A DNA stretch of 64,000 bases, from contig CM119371.1 of assembly GCA_051294905.1 (NCBI GenBank), forward strand, positions 23,934,001 through 23,998,000. Reading direction: 5' to 3'. Both the position numbers and the translations under genes were made by a program. Below the pieces are notes generated by a model. That model saw nothing but the letters and a program-made list of their open reading frames with translations, did not search any database and was not told the origin of the DNA. Below are positions 24,320 to 36,336 of this stretch, in pieces; position 1 is the first letter of the stretch, and each line of letters begins with the position of its first letter. The DNA is from Botryllus schlosseri. Taxonomy: Eukaryota.

Positions 24320-25021
24320 TCAGTCTATCAATATCGTAGTCCGAACGAAAACCACATTATCATCTTTCAACTCGTTAGGTATAAAGTGTTTGCTTGCCCA
24401 TAACCAGTTTTTGCTTCCATTCCATTGCCATAGATGTAATGGCTGACATTGTTCAGTATTGTTCCAATTTTTCAGGACGTCCTTACGAGGGTACTTGGAT
24501 TTACTCTGTACATTAGGCAGTGTAACAGATATTCTGTGTCTCTTTTCCCAACCTTTAGGCGCCTTCTCACAAGTAGTGAGTACACCGAATTTGTATTTAT
24601 ATCCCTGCAGATATTTTTGTTTCATTGGCAATAACCCATTGTTCAATGCTTTACGGTATTCTCCATCAGTAAGGTAAGCATATAGCTTATCCACATTAGG
24701 ATGTATCTCATAAGATCGAAACATTCTCCAAACTTCACTCAAGCTTTCTTCAAACCCCGGCCTCTTCTTTCTCCAGTCATTTCCTTGCATTTCATTGGTT
24801 ATACTTAATTGTAGTGGATTTAGCCGTGAGTTACAGGGTAAAGGCCACACAGTTATAAGCTTCATTCGGTCCACATAATTACTTCCTGAAACGGTAGGTT
24901 TCATATTCCATCCATGTCGTATAATTCCATATTCCCTCAGTCTCAGATGCATAGCAGCATTAGCCGACCTACTAGGATAATATGGTAGATTCCTATTCAT
25001 CTGAAATAGATATACAATCAT
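24320..25021 (-). CDS. Accessory ORF (233 aa) with a possible degenerate ART/Tpt1-like C-terminal fold
   Basis: Intact ORF between pol and env. LYAYLT......NGLLPMKQKYL and NWLWASKHFIPNEL echo KptA LYHGT......GL.PM.R.YVH and NGVWL...IPP. No integrase HHCC/DDE motifs. Confidence 0.5.
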   Translation of the reverse strand: MIVYLFQMNRNLPYYPSRSANAAMHLRLREYGIIRHGWNMKPTVSGSNYVDRMKLITVWPLPCNSRLNPLQLSITNEMQGNDWRKKRPGFEESLSEVWRMFRSYEIHPNVDKLYAYLTDGEYRKALNNGLLPMKQKYLQGYKYKFGVLTTCEKAPKGWEKRHRISVTLPNVQSKSKYPRKDVLKNWNNTEQCQPLHLWQWNGSKNWLWASKHFIPNELKDDNVVFVRTTILID

Positions 25022-25478
25022 GAGGAATTATGTCCGAAGATAGTACAACTTTCGACGCGTCATTCAAGGACCATAGTGATTGCGGTTTGAGTCTTTCTAT
25101 GTCAATGCAAATGCAGACTTCTCCCTTTTGCTTCGCATCTTTCTCGTCCGTGTACAGATGTACAAAACGTCTTCCCATCTTAGCTATGCCTTCCACCATA
25201 ATAGGGGATACTCGGTTCTTTCGAGTGGCATGAAACAATGATGTTAGCCCTTCCGGGTTAATCCACTGTTGCATTTGCGGATTCTGTCCTTTAGTATGTC
25301 CTTGTTTTGCCGCAATCCCATGATCTGAGATCATTATTCTGTCCTTCTCAATCCATTCCGTCGGATTATCATAGCCATATTTCATAGCACATGCAAAAGG
25401 GTGCCAACCCCTCTTCTGTAGCATACACACTGTATGCCTGAGATGTTTAATCAATTTTCTGTTAAGCTTTTCTTTCTC
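24993..25478 (-). CDS. Tpt1/KptA-like RNA 2'-phosphotransferase domain fused to RNase H
   Basis: LIKHLRH, GW, KDRI, IAAKQGHT, LFHAT, EGIAKMGRRFVHL, CIDI and VVLSSDIIPHDCI appear in Tpt1 order. Confidence 0.8.
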   Translation of the reverse strand, partial: EKEKLNRKLIKHLRHTVCMLQKRGWHPFACAMKYGYDNPTEWIEKDRIMISDHGIAAKQGHTKGQNPQMQQWINPEGLTSLFHATRKNRVSPIMVEGIAKMGRRFVHLYTDEKDAKQKGEVCICIDIERLKPQSLWSLNDASKVVLSSDIIPHDCISISDE

Positions 25479-25559
25479 ATTTTTTGTCATTCCGCCTTTC
25501 TTGATAGCTATCCAGGCCAGTGGGTCACCTTCTTCCACTGCCGTGTTTTCAACAAACAC

Positions 25560-27218
25560 TCTTGATAGCGCATCCGCAGTGAATATTTCTGACGTAGAAA
25601 TATGAACCACGTTCCTGATATTGTAGGCGCTGATCACAGCCACCCATCTCATCATTTGCGGGTCATCTGAAGCTTGTTTGTTACCCTCAGTGGCTTTCTT
25701 CAATATTCCCATTACTCCTTTGTTGTCCGTAAGTATTGATACAGGTCTATCCAGAAGTATAGAACCCCATTTTTCGAAAGCTCGTACTACCGCCAACATT
25801 TCCTTTTTACACGCGCTGTATGAACTTTTTTCATTAGGTTTCCATTTCTTTGAGTAATAAGCCACGGGTTATATCTGTTTGTGGGGAATGGGTTCTTCGT
25901 TCTCCGTTTGGTATAGGACTGCACCCATCCCGTCCAACGCCGCATCTGTTTGTATGAAGATTGGTAGCCCCATTCGTAAATGAAAGAGCGTTTTCGGTCG
26001 TAGTAGAACATCACGCATTTTCGTGTAATTATCAAACAGCGTTCGTGTCCATTTAACAGGTACTCGCCTGCTTTGTGACGCTGGTACACATCCTGTCTGA
26101 CTATCAAAACACGCCAGTATCATCGCCATATCTTCAAAGTGCGCTGCCAAATATCTCAATGCTCCAATATATCCGCGTAGTTCGAATATATTCCTGGGCG
26201 GAGGCATTTCACGCAAGGCTCTGATCCTTTCAGGTTGTACTTTGACCGTATCTTCATCCAGCAACACGCCAAGTAGATTTATTTTCTTCTTTCCCACAAA
26301 GCATTTATTGATACTGATGGTGAGTCGAAGTTCGGCGAGTTGAGCAAACACCAGATCTAGTAATACTAGATGCTGTTCATCTGTCTTTGTTATGAGTAGA
26401 ATATCGTCAATGTATGCGAATATAGGGCATGCCTTTTCTTCCTCTTCTCCCCATCCATGGGTTTTTGCAAGCTTTCTGTATTCTCGCGTCACTGGTTCTA
26501 CCAATCCTTCATTCATCGATTGCTGGAATATTGCCACGGCATTTTTGAGGCCCATAGCTAAACGTTTCCAACGTAGTTCTCTATTTGGTACCGCAATTCC
26601 CAAATATTTGCGATATTGTTCTGGCACCTGCACGTGATAATATGCCTTGGTGAGATCTATCAGCGTTTTCTTCGTCCTTCCCGATGCTTTATGTATCAAA
26701 TCAGATATCAGAGGTGGAACTACATTTGTAGCTTTAGTATTGTTGTTGAGAGGTGCGAAATCTTGAACTACTCTCATAGGTGGATCCGGTTCACCCGTTA
26801 GCCCTTGTTCGAGGTGCCGTTTCAATGCTTCCTCTTTTTGTCTGTTGTTCTGTTTTTGAGCCACTACAAAGGGTGATGTTTTCCATTCAGAGTTACCTAC
26901 TTCAATGACGCCCAATTGTAGGTATCTGTCCAGCTCTTTTTCCAATACCCTTGTATGTACGTCATTACGCAAGGTATACGCCTTTCCTACGAACGGGTCA
27001 AGTGACTCATCTTTGAGCTCAAGCGTGAACTTGTATGGTAAACCTGAATCACGTGATAGATTTTTTTCCAGGCTGCCTATTTCGTTCTTGTATTTTTCGA
27101 AGATTGGTAACCAAATCTCAGGCCTTAGCCCTTCCCATTGATTCTCAGGGTCTTCAATATCTGGTGGTTTATAATCTTCATTTGCCAGTATAAGCGCTTC
27201 AGCAGCTGCTCTTTCCAA
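25560..27218 (-). pseudogene. Ty3/gypsy-like reverse transcriptase and RNase H (one in-frame stop at 25869-25871)
   Basis: SEWKTSPFVV, RVVQDFAPLN, IDLTKAYYH, MGLKNA, YIDDILL, KCF..INLLG; RNase H QTDA..GMGAVL, AYYS, KEMLAV, TDN, ADALSR. Confidence 0.92.
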
Positions 27219-27352
27219 GTCCTGTTTAGAGTGGATTCTTCGTCTTCTGCTAGCACGAAGTGACGGACTTCCGCTCCCCAGGCCTTGCCTGTATTCTCTT
27301 GTCTCATCTTAAATTTTGCAGGTTGCTGGGTGTTTACAAGGTGATCAGTCTC

Positions 27353-27481
27353 ATAACCCAAGCCTCTTCTGCCATTATTGCCTTCAGCTCTTACAGGTAA
27401 TTTTCTACCTTGCAGGCACTTTCCAAGGCCTTTTCCTTCTTCGTAACCCATGTCTTGACACATCTTCACAGATGCTGGGCT
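27353..27481 (-). other. G-patch domain between protease and RT
   Basis: SPASVKMCQDMGYEEGKGLGKCLQGRKLPV......RRGLGY fits the G-patch consensus. Confidence 0.88.
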
Positions 27482-27929
27482 ATATATGTATAGTGGTACT
27501 TTTTCGTCGTTTGTTTCCCCTGTCGATTCTTGTAACAGATAAGATATCGGCCTTTCAGTAACAAGTTTGCTAGATTCTGGCGGCACGCGTGGCGGCGTCT
27601 TCTCTATTTGTCCTGAACACGGCATTTCGTATGTCCGTACATCGGTTCCCTCCGAGTACGACAGACTCGTTATCGGCCTTTCAACACTTTGTGCTGAACA
27701 CGGCAATTCACATGTGGGATCGTTTGCGGACTTATCTTGGTCGCTCGTCTTCCCTGAGGCTGCAGTCCTCGTATCTTCTTCAGCACTGGTTTTCCCCCCA
27801 GGCACGGAGTGTTTTTGCGTGATTTTCGACTTCACCAACCATTGATCAAGGTCTTTCTGAGGTACGTCTACCATCATCATGGCCTTGATTAAGCTGGTTT
27901 TTCCTTCTTGCGTCTTCCATCTTACGTCG

Positions 27930-28527
27930 TCTTTTGGCAAGTAGTGTTTCAACGTATTATGTCCAATTACATTTACGGGTACTTCTTCTCCCGTTAAAAA
28001 GGGGATATTTGTTCATTTCCCATATCTATCCACATCACGTATTGAGATTTCACTTCGCCTCCTACGCCTTCAATCTCAAAGGCATGTAGTAGTTTGTCGT
28101 TCCACTCACGTGGGTATGCTCTTTCGGCTGTTTTCTGCGTAATCATATTGGGCGTCGCTCCTGTGTCTGCCAAAAATGTGGCTTTCTTGCGTACATCACG
28201 TATATACGTCATTTTATCCCAAAATAGCGATTTGAAAGTCAATTTCAGTTTCCGCGGATGAGCTACATACGATAGCCCTTCCATCCCATGCGGTTCTAGC
28301 TTATCTTCCAGCCCTACGTGTCGTACCTTATGTATTCCGTTTTGTCTTCGTACAGTAGGCAGTTGTGATTTATGTACAGTTGAAATGTCATGTCTTTTAT
28401 CAGAAATGCACTTATTATTTACAAATGATTTTTGTGCAGGTTTTGCATTCTCTGTCCGGCTTTCGTAAGCAGGAAACCCTTGCGCCGGCTCTAACGGTTT
28501 CCGATTCCTTCCCCCTGACGTCGCCAT
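27930..28527 (-). pseudogene. Retropepsin-type aspartic protease (frameshifted)
   Basis: FLADTGA active site and IEGVGG flap; the C-terminal VIG..L motif continues in another frame after 27994. Confidence 0.85.
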
Positions 28528-29035
28528 GCTGGAGCATTAGGGTTCAGACCCCCAGTCGGACTGGGTTGTGTCGGAGGACGAACTTTGGGCACAATTTCCT
28601 TTCGGTTGTATATGCGTGGTAATGGCTGGCGTCCTGCTTGCGGAAAGGTGGCGTCTCTCGGACCGTTATAAGCTAGCTCTAGCATTTTGCGTTCTTCTGC
28701 CGTAGGTACTCCCATGTCAAGGAAATATTGATTGAGCTTGTTCATGGTGGTGAGGTCTAACCCCAAGTTGTTTCCGCCTTCTAGTATTGGAGCCCAGTGT
28801 GTTCTGTTATTTTCGATTTTCGTTGCCAGTTCCTCGTCCATTGCTCTAGCTCTAGGCCCGAGTTAATATCCCACTACCTGGTCTCTGTCATTTTTCCTTA
28901 CTTTCCAAGTTTCACCGTTTCTCCATCTTATAGCCTGCATTATGCAATTGCGTGACATGTGACCAGGGCTCTGACATTCACGGCATATTACGTTCTGTGC
29001 ATCAGGTCCAGTATATAACCCCAATGGTTCAAATA
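28491..29035 (-). pseudogene. gag C-terminal fragment with CCHC zinc knuckle
   Basis: CRECQSPGHMSRNC. Same frame as ORF 28491-28841 across one TAA. Truncated at the right TIR. Confidence 0.8.
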
Positions 29036-30406
29036 TGTTAGGTAATACCAGCTCTACGCTATTACTATTCATCAGGCCAGCCATCACCAATTCAATATAA
29101 TTTTGCTAAAAACCTTCATTTTACAACCCTTTTCCATAAGAGCTGATAGTAAGCTTGCCCGGCCTTGATGTTTGTTTACATCCTTCTGCAACCCGATTGG
29201 TTCGTGTCAAAGGTCACGTAAGTGTCTATTCCAAAGGTGTTTATTTCTCGCTGGTGATTGGTGAGACAATGAGGATTAGAAAACTGGATTGTGGTACAGG
29301 CGCCGCTATGTCTGCTTTTCTCTGCGTGCGATTAATCAACGTATTGTGCTAATCTGAATTCAGCCTTCAAGGCACGCGATCTGCCCGGTAAAGCGAATCC
29401 GAAGGGGATATTGATTGCGGGCTTAATATCAATATTGATTTGTCAAATGTACAAACTGCACATCAAGCTCAATTTAGATTATTGATCATTTGCAATAGAC
29501 TAGTATTACGTTGCGCCTAACTTCAAAATTCCGAAGAAATCGCTCGCGGCACACTTGCGAGACGCAAATGGCACACCGCGGCACACCGGTTGAGAACAAC
29601 TGAATTAATGTTAATCTTTTACTATTATTATGGTAAACCTGTTTCATACATTATCCGGTCGTCGGTTGCGTTTGCCATGGGTAATATAAGGAATCTCCAT
29701 TTGAATGTGTTCACTCAAAAGCTTTATTTTCCTTTTCGCAAATGATGACAAATGACTAGGATTTCTTCTTGATGTAATTAGCTCGCCTGTATCCTATTCG
29801 TTATCAGCAGTATCCCCCTTGACGCGGTTGGTATAGATGTATTATAAATCGAATCGAATTCGAAATTTAGAACATCACATCATCTGCTCTCATGTAAAAG
29901 CTGTTGAGTGTTGACACAATAATAAAACAGACATGTATGAACTCATTTCCATTCGGACATTTGCTATTGAATTTTTTATTTGATCATAGCGATCATAGTT
30001 TATTTCAAAAACATTCCGCTAAATTTGGTATTGGAAAATAATGAACTATTACATTGGCCACAAATTGCATCAAGGTCGCCAATTGTAAACCTGGACTATA
30101 CATCCGCTACTGATAATTATATACTTTCACTACCCTTCTTATAGTTGAAAATATTGAGACTGAATTGGGCGTTGCTTCCAATGTATTCATTTGTTTCCAT
30201 CTTAGATCCAAGGAAATAACCGTATCATGCTTCAATCTTTTCCCTTTCATTACACCATAAAGACACGAATAAAGGTCGTAAAACTTGACCCATGAAGCAA
30301 TTATGAAACAGCAGATTCAATACCAACCTATGTTTGTTAATGTTAGAAATGGAAAATACTGAACTATTGCATTGACCATCAATTGTTTCGACGCAACACT
30401 CTAATC

Positions 30407-31535
30407 CAGAGGTGGGCAAACTACGGCCCGCGGGCCGCATGCAGCTCGCAACACCGTGCTGTGCGGCCCGCGAGCGTCCAAAGAAACTTTTTTAGAAATA
30501 TTGATAAAATGCGTACTAAAATTCGAATTAATCCAGGGACTTGATTAAATTTTTCTAAATATATTTCATCATGGTAATTCTAAGACAGTGGTTCCCAAAC
30601 TGGTGGGCGCACCCCCCGTGAGGGCGTGAAAGCATCTGAAGAGGTGCGCGAAGCTGAGCTCAACTGAAAAAATTTTTCGCGATCCGCGCGATTTACATTC
30701 AATTCAAAGTTATTGCTCTGTATTTAGTCTGAATTGCATATATAAAAATCTGTCATCCACAGTCGTACCTTCCATACCATCAAACTACCCGTTAGGCTTG
30801 CTAGCATCCTGGTTGCGTTTTGTGATATGGCGATAAGGGGGCGCGAAACCTTTCACCATCATACGGGGGGGGGGGGCGGTCGTGTCCTAAAAAGTTAAAG
30901 TCTGAGAACCACTGATCTAAGGTAAATACTTGATATCACGGCGGGATAGCTGCAACGACATATTTACTGAATTTGGATCACGAGTGGGATTTCAGATTGG
31001 CCACTCCGTTTTTAATTATTTCAGTGTTGTGCTTATAATCAACGATTCGGGCGTGTCTTAGGTAGATTCGTTGTCTGTATGCGTAGAATTGGGGTATTTA
31101 TATTTTATCTAGACATAGTAGAAGCGTGTTTGATGCTAACATGGTTATGATGCTGTCAGCATTGTGTGTCCTGCAACTGAACCAAAAGTGGAATTAGTAA
31201 ATCTATGAACAGATCGCTGGTCACAGATTTAAATCTCAATCCTGTTCTAAGAATCGGGCCAACCGACTTTCATCTCTATAGTTTTGACAAATTGGTTATT
31301 GAGGTCCGCAAGCCTATGAGATCTCGCCACTATATGTTTCTGACGCGTGTACGATATCATCAAAGCAATGTTTGACTTGTTTTAAATAAGAACATATATT
31401 ATCTCCATGTCCTCACTACACAAGCAAATATCAATATTGCGTTTTGATTTATATTCCCAATTTTATATAGTGCGGCCCGCGAATGGATTCAGATGTTGAA
31501 TGCGGCCCGCGAGCTCAAAAGTTTGCCCACCCCTG
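30407..31535. mobile_element. hAT-type MITE with a nested MITE (30586-30914)
   Basis: CAGAGGTGGGCAAAC ... GTTTGCCCACCCCTG with perfect TSD CTCTAATC. Nested CAGTGGTTCCCA...GAGAACCACTG has an imperfect TSD. Confidence 0.88.
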
Positions 31536-32148
31536 CTCTAATCGTAATGAGTGCCGATTTCCCAGGAGTCGAATCCTGTCTGCACAGCTAAAATCTGCTT
31601 TATTCTGGACTCGACAAACCTTGCGTATCAGTCGCGCATTCAACTACAATCAAGCAATCAAATCAGATGATAATATAGACTTAGATTCGCTTCGTAAATA
31701 CGAAGATGCTGTTAGCCAGAGTTTCGCAATGATGCTTCCTCGTGCGAGGCTAGATGGAATGTAGCATGAAACAACAGCAACAAGTAAAATACATAGGCAA
31801 GCGAAGAGTCAATCATACAGTGATCAAACAATAATTAAGTCGACAAAAATCAGACAATTAGATATAATAATGCAGGACAGCAGTAGAACTGCTACATGTT
31901 TCCTTAAAACAGGAGTCGCATCATCGAAGAAAGTCTATCAAATAATGTGGTGATCCGCAATTAGGCGATAATTACTTTCATCTGATTAGTTACGTTGTAC
32001 AGTACAGTGTCGCCTTATCGTTACCGTGTCATTCTATTCTCCTCTGTTCTGCTGTCGGTTGTGTGCTATGTTGCTTAAAGCCACATTGGTTACCTTTGCT
32101 TTAATAAAGCTTCAGTCAGTTATTCAAAGCAATAGTCGGTTTACGACA

Positions 32149-35100
32149 ATTTACGTCCGCCACATGCTAGTTACTCGTATTCAGAAGCCCGAAGAGACGA
32201 TCGAGGAATTTTCCCGCGCCTTGGCAGATCTAGCGAAAGATTGCACATTCAAGACTCTCTCGGCGGAAGATCATCGCAAGAAGTCCATCCGCGACACTTT
32301 CGTTACTGGTCTTCGATCAAACGTTATCAGACAGAGATTATTAGAAAGTGACGGGGCTGTAACCCTCGAAATGGCGATCTCAAAAGCCCGCTCATTAGAA
32401 TTCGCCCAGCGAAGCTCTAGTATCTATTGCAGCACTCCATGTTCATATGTCGCCGTCGAACCGCTGGAAAAATCTTTGAATCCTGAAGTCGAACGATCAT
32501 CCGCAGAAACTCACACTCAACTCAAAGTAATAAGCAAAACAATCAAACGTGATCGAAAGTGCTTTTTTGCGGTCAGTCATTCCACTCCCGATATAAATGT
32601 CAAGCGAAACGGAGCGAGTGTGGCTATTGTGGAGTCCTAGGTCATTATGAAGTGGTTTGCATGAGAAAGGCCACTGACAACAGGAAAACAGTAACTGCAA
32701 TGATCTCATACTTCAGCGCCATCGGAGTCCCCAAATGTCTCACAAAAGCAAGAATCGTGGTTAAGATCGGCTGCCACATAAAATTTGCTTTAATCGACTC
32801 CGGTTCAGCGGAAAGCTTCATAAGCACTGGATACGCCAATGAAATTGACCTGAAATCCACCCAGTACTCCTCTACGGTTACATTTGCTTCTACGGCCCAT
32901 TCCCGAAAGATTGAAGAACTCTACAGACCGGACATTCTTGTAAACGAATCAAAATATACGGAATTCCCTCTTAAAGTAATGGAAGATTTATGCTCTGATG
33001 TGGTGCTTGGTCTCGATTTCATGAACTTGCATAAACGAGTCATTTTCAATATGGACGGAGATAAAGATACCTTGGAACGCCCTCGAGATCAGAAGTACAG
33101 TTTATGAGGAGTTGCTCAAGGGTGTGTCGAAGCACCGCAAACTTTCAAGTTTATGACACCGAATTGCAAACCGATTGCCACCAAATTCAGAAGATACAGC
33201 GAAGCCGATCTACATTTCATCAAAGCGGAAGTTGCGAAACTCGAGAAGGAAGGAATCATCGAGCCTTTCTCATCGCCTTGGCGAGTACAGGTTCTTGTTG
33301 TAAATGACGGTCGACACAAGAAGCGCATGGTCATCGACTTCTCTTAGACGGTCAACAGGTATACCTTACTAGACGCCTATCCTTTACCAAGGATCGATGA
33401 TCAAGTCAACAACATCGCCCGTTTCAAAGTTTTCAGTACGTTAGATCTGAAGTCCGCGTATTATCAAGTGGCATCATCACCTGATGATCGTCCGTATACG
33501 GCATTCGAAGCCGCTGGAAATCTTTACCAATACCGTCGATTGCCATTTGGAGTCACCAACGGAGTTTCGGCATTTGAAAGAATAATAGACAACATCATAA
33601 AAGACAACAAGCTCACCTGCACCTTCGCTTATCTGGATAATATTTCTGTTTGCGGTATGGATAAGGACGACCACGATAGAAATCTCGACGCGTTTCTCAA
33701 TGCTGCGCAGCGATTCAGCCTCACTTTCAATCATTCAAAGTCGATCATCGGTTCGTGTCGCACGGCGTGATCAAACCGGACCGAGAAAGACTAAAGCCGT
33801 TAATCGATTTATTGCCGCCACGCAACAATCCAGAACTAAAACGAGTGTGTGACATGTTTGCCTACTATGTCAAATGGTTGCCAAACTTTTCCGACAAAAT
33901 CCGTCCTTTGTATTCAGTCGAAAAATGTCCGCTTCTCAAAAATGCATCTATCGCCTTCAACGATTTAAAACGCGAGTTAGTTGACGCGTCTCTTGGTAGG
34001 ATCGACGAGACAAGTCCGTTCACAATAGAGTACGATGCTTCTAATGCAGCCATTGCAGCTATCCTTAGTCAAAACGGTCGACCGGTCGCGTTCATGTCTT
34101 AAACACTATCGCCAAGTGAAATACGCTACTCCTCTGTTGAGAAAGAAGCGGCCTCGATCGTCGCGGCAGTTCGTAAATGGGCTCATTTTTTACGTGGCAG
34201 ACATTTCACTTTTGTGACTGACCAGAGATCTGTCGCGTTCATGTTTGACGGCAAATCTAAAGGTGAAATCAAAAATACCAAAATCCAGCTGTGGCGTGTC
34301 GAACTTGGTCAATTCTCGTACGATATCGTACACAAACCGGAGGCACTGAATGTTGCGGCTGGTATGTTTTCGCGGACCACATCTTCGTATTGCGCATCGA
34401 TTTCACCCGGTGAGTTGGGTTCTAATCTAAATCGCATACACGACACTCTGGGTCATCCAGGAGTCACAAGGCTGCATCATTTCGTTCGTTCGAAAGATCT
34501 CTCGTTCTCCCTAAATGACGTCCGAGAGACCTGCGCTCGTTGCCGCATTTGTGCTCAAATCAAACCAAATTTCTACAAATGCAATCCGCAAGTGCTTGTG
34601 AAAGCAACGAAGCCTTGGGAAAGAATCAACGTAGATTTCAAAGGGCCTTTGAAATCCAACAAATCCCCTTTCATGTTTGTTGTCATAGACGAATATATTC
34701 GTTTTCCGTTCGCCTTTCCATGTCGCGACACTTCCGCGCTAACCGTCGTTTCGTGTCTGTCGACACTATTCGCTGTTTATGGACTTCCGGGATACGTTCA
34801 CAGTGACCGAGGCACCGCTTTCGTGTCCAAGGAAGTCAAAGATTATGTACATTCTCGCGGGGTTGCAACTAGCTTAACTACGCCTTACCATCCAACAGGA
34901 AATTAGCAGTGCGAACGCCTCAATCAAACATAATGGCGAACTGTCAAACTCATTTTGAAATCAACCGGAGTCTCAGAATCATGTTGGCCTGACGCCCTTC
35001 CTCGTGCACTACATTCAGTTCGATCGCTGTTTTGAACGTCAACTAATTCAACACCGCATGACCGATTTTGTCCTTTCCAAGAAAAAAATGGTGGGGAATA

Positions 35101-35161
35101 GCGTGCCATCCTAGCTATTGACACCGGGGCCTGTTTTCTTACGCAAATTCGTCAGAAACAA
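32149..35161 (+). pseudogene. gypsy gag-pol remnant (integrase C-terminus continues at about 42361-42710)
   Basis: Q.PEETIEEF gag, CGYCGVLGHYEVVC, IDSGS protease, SSPW/YLDN RT, DAS RNase H, H..LGHPG..C..C..C, VDFKGP and HSDRG integrase. Many stops and frameshifts. Confidence 0.92.
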
Positions 35162-36336
35162 CCCCGCAAACAAGATTACGCGCCTGTCACGTTACGATTA
35201 CGTTAACTATGGAACGTTGAACGTTTGGCGCTCACGTTACCATTGCGACATTCTGTGAACAAAAGGTAGCGATAAGCTGACGTTTCTGATGACGTAATTG
35301 AAACGACAACTTTAACCACGTTGGTCCTGACCACGTTGCTAAATGCTGCCTATCAAACTAGAGCTCTTAATGCAATAATACCGAGTCACAATACTTCAGG
35401 AACAATGAGTTTATTGCCAATAAAAGATAACAAGTCGTTAGGCCCAGCTCTACACACAGTCATAAATGGCGCAAAGAGTGGAAGGCAAGCATTGTGCAAA
35501 ATATTCCAACACCAATATTGCAATTTTGTATAATTGAGGTACTGAGCTCAGAGGTATAATTAATATTACAGAATACATGCAATCAAACAAAAATCACAGG
35601 ACGAACATATCAAGGTATAACCAACATAGCAATATACTACGACATCAATAATTCAAATATCAGACACACTTTCATATTAACCAGAGGTGTTAAACTAAGT
35701 ACTGTTGATTTTAGTACTCAGGTTTGGCTAATTGCACTACTTACTCTAGAGGTGATGTTATGTTTAAATTAGTTTTGTGAAATATGGTTGTCGTTCTCAC
35801 AATGACTTATTGTTACAATTTAATCAGTATAACAACAATAATGTCAGCAACTGAATTTACATATTCTCGAAAAATCGAAGTAGCATCATATTAGTCACTA
35901 ACACGAAAGCAACAATTTCAAAAGTGGCTACCACTTAACAACTGCTAAAAGAATGCGACACCTGGTCCGAATCGAAGTTTTCAAACTACCAGCTTAAGTA
36001 CTTTCAATGCCTTCATTTTCAACTACTAGTTTCAAGTACCAAGTAAATTTAACATGCCTTGGATATTGCTAGTTCTACTTTTGCAACAACGCTTTACCCC
36101 CTTAGACAGCATAGCTACGACAAATTTGACTAGCAATTATTGTTAGATTTTACCTAGATTTGTCTAGATAGACAGGACACTAGTAATGGAGAAGCAGGGA
36201 TACTTGAAGAAACACTTGGCAGCAAGCTAATGGCAAGATATTGATACATAAAAAATGAAGAAACTGCGTAGCCGGTGTTAGCACCATCACAAGTAAAATC
36301 TTCAAACACTTTACCGTAAGCCAATTTACGATACTG

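Larger units (their letters stand above)
13541..29227. mobile_element. ISL2EU/PIF-Harbinger-like DNA transposon unit bounded by about 195-bp TIRs, enclosing a retrovirus-like genome
   Basis: 13541-~13735 is the reverse complement of ~29040-29227 (AGACACTTACGTGACCTTTGACACGAACCAATC...). Both ends are flanked by AT (ccaat|agac ... gtct|attc). A DDE_Tnp_4-like remnant lies inside. Confidence 0.75.

Noticed and set aside
27990..28005. C CCU UUU slippery site before the protease ORF stop as a programmed -1 frameshift
   Set aside because: It falls inside the protease domain and the element has other lesions, so a mutational indel is more likely.
29035..29090. N-terminus MVMAGLMNSNSVELVLPN of ORF 28863-29090 as the gag start
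   Set aside because: This sequence is part of the right TIR (it matches about 13680-13735 inverted) and is not gag.
12736..29602. hAT MITE ends at about 12736 and 29602 as one split element
   Set aside because: The flanks show no matching 8-bp TSD, so the pairing cannot be supported.
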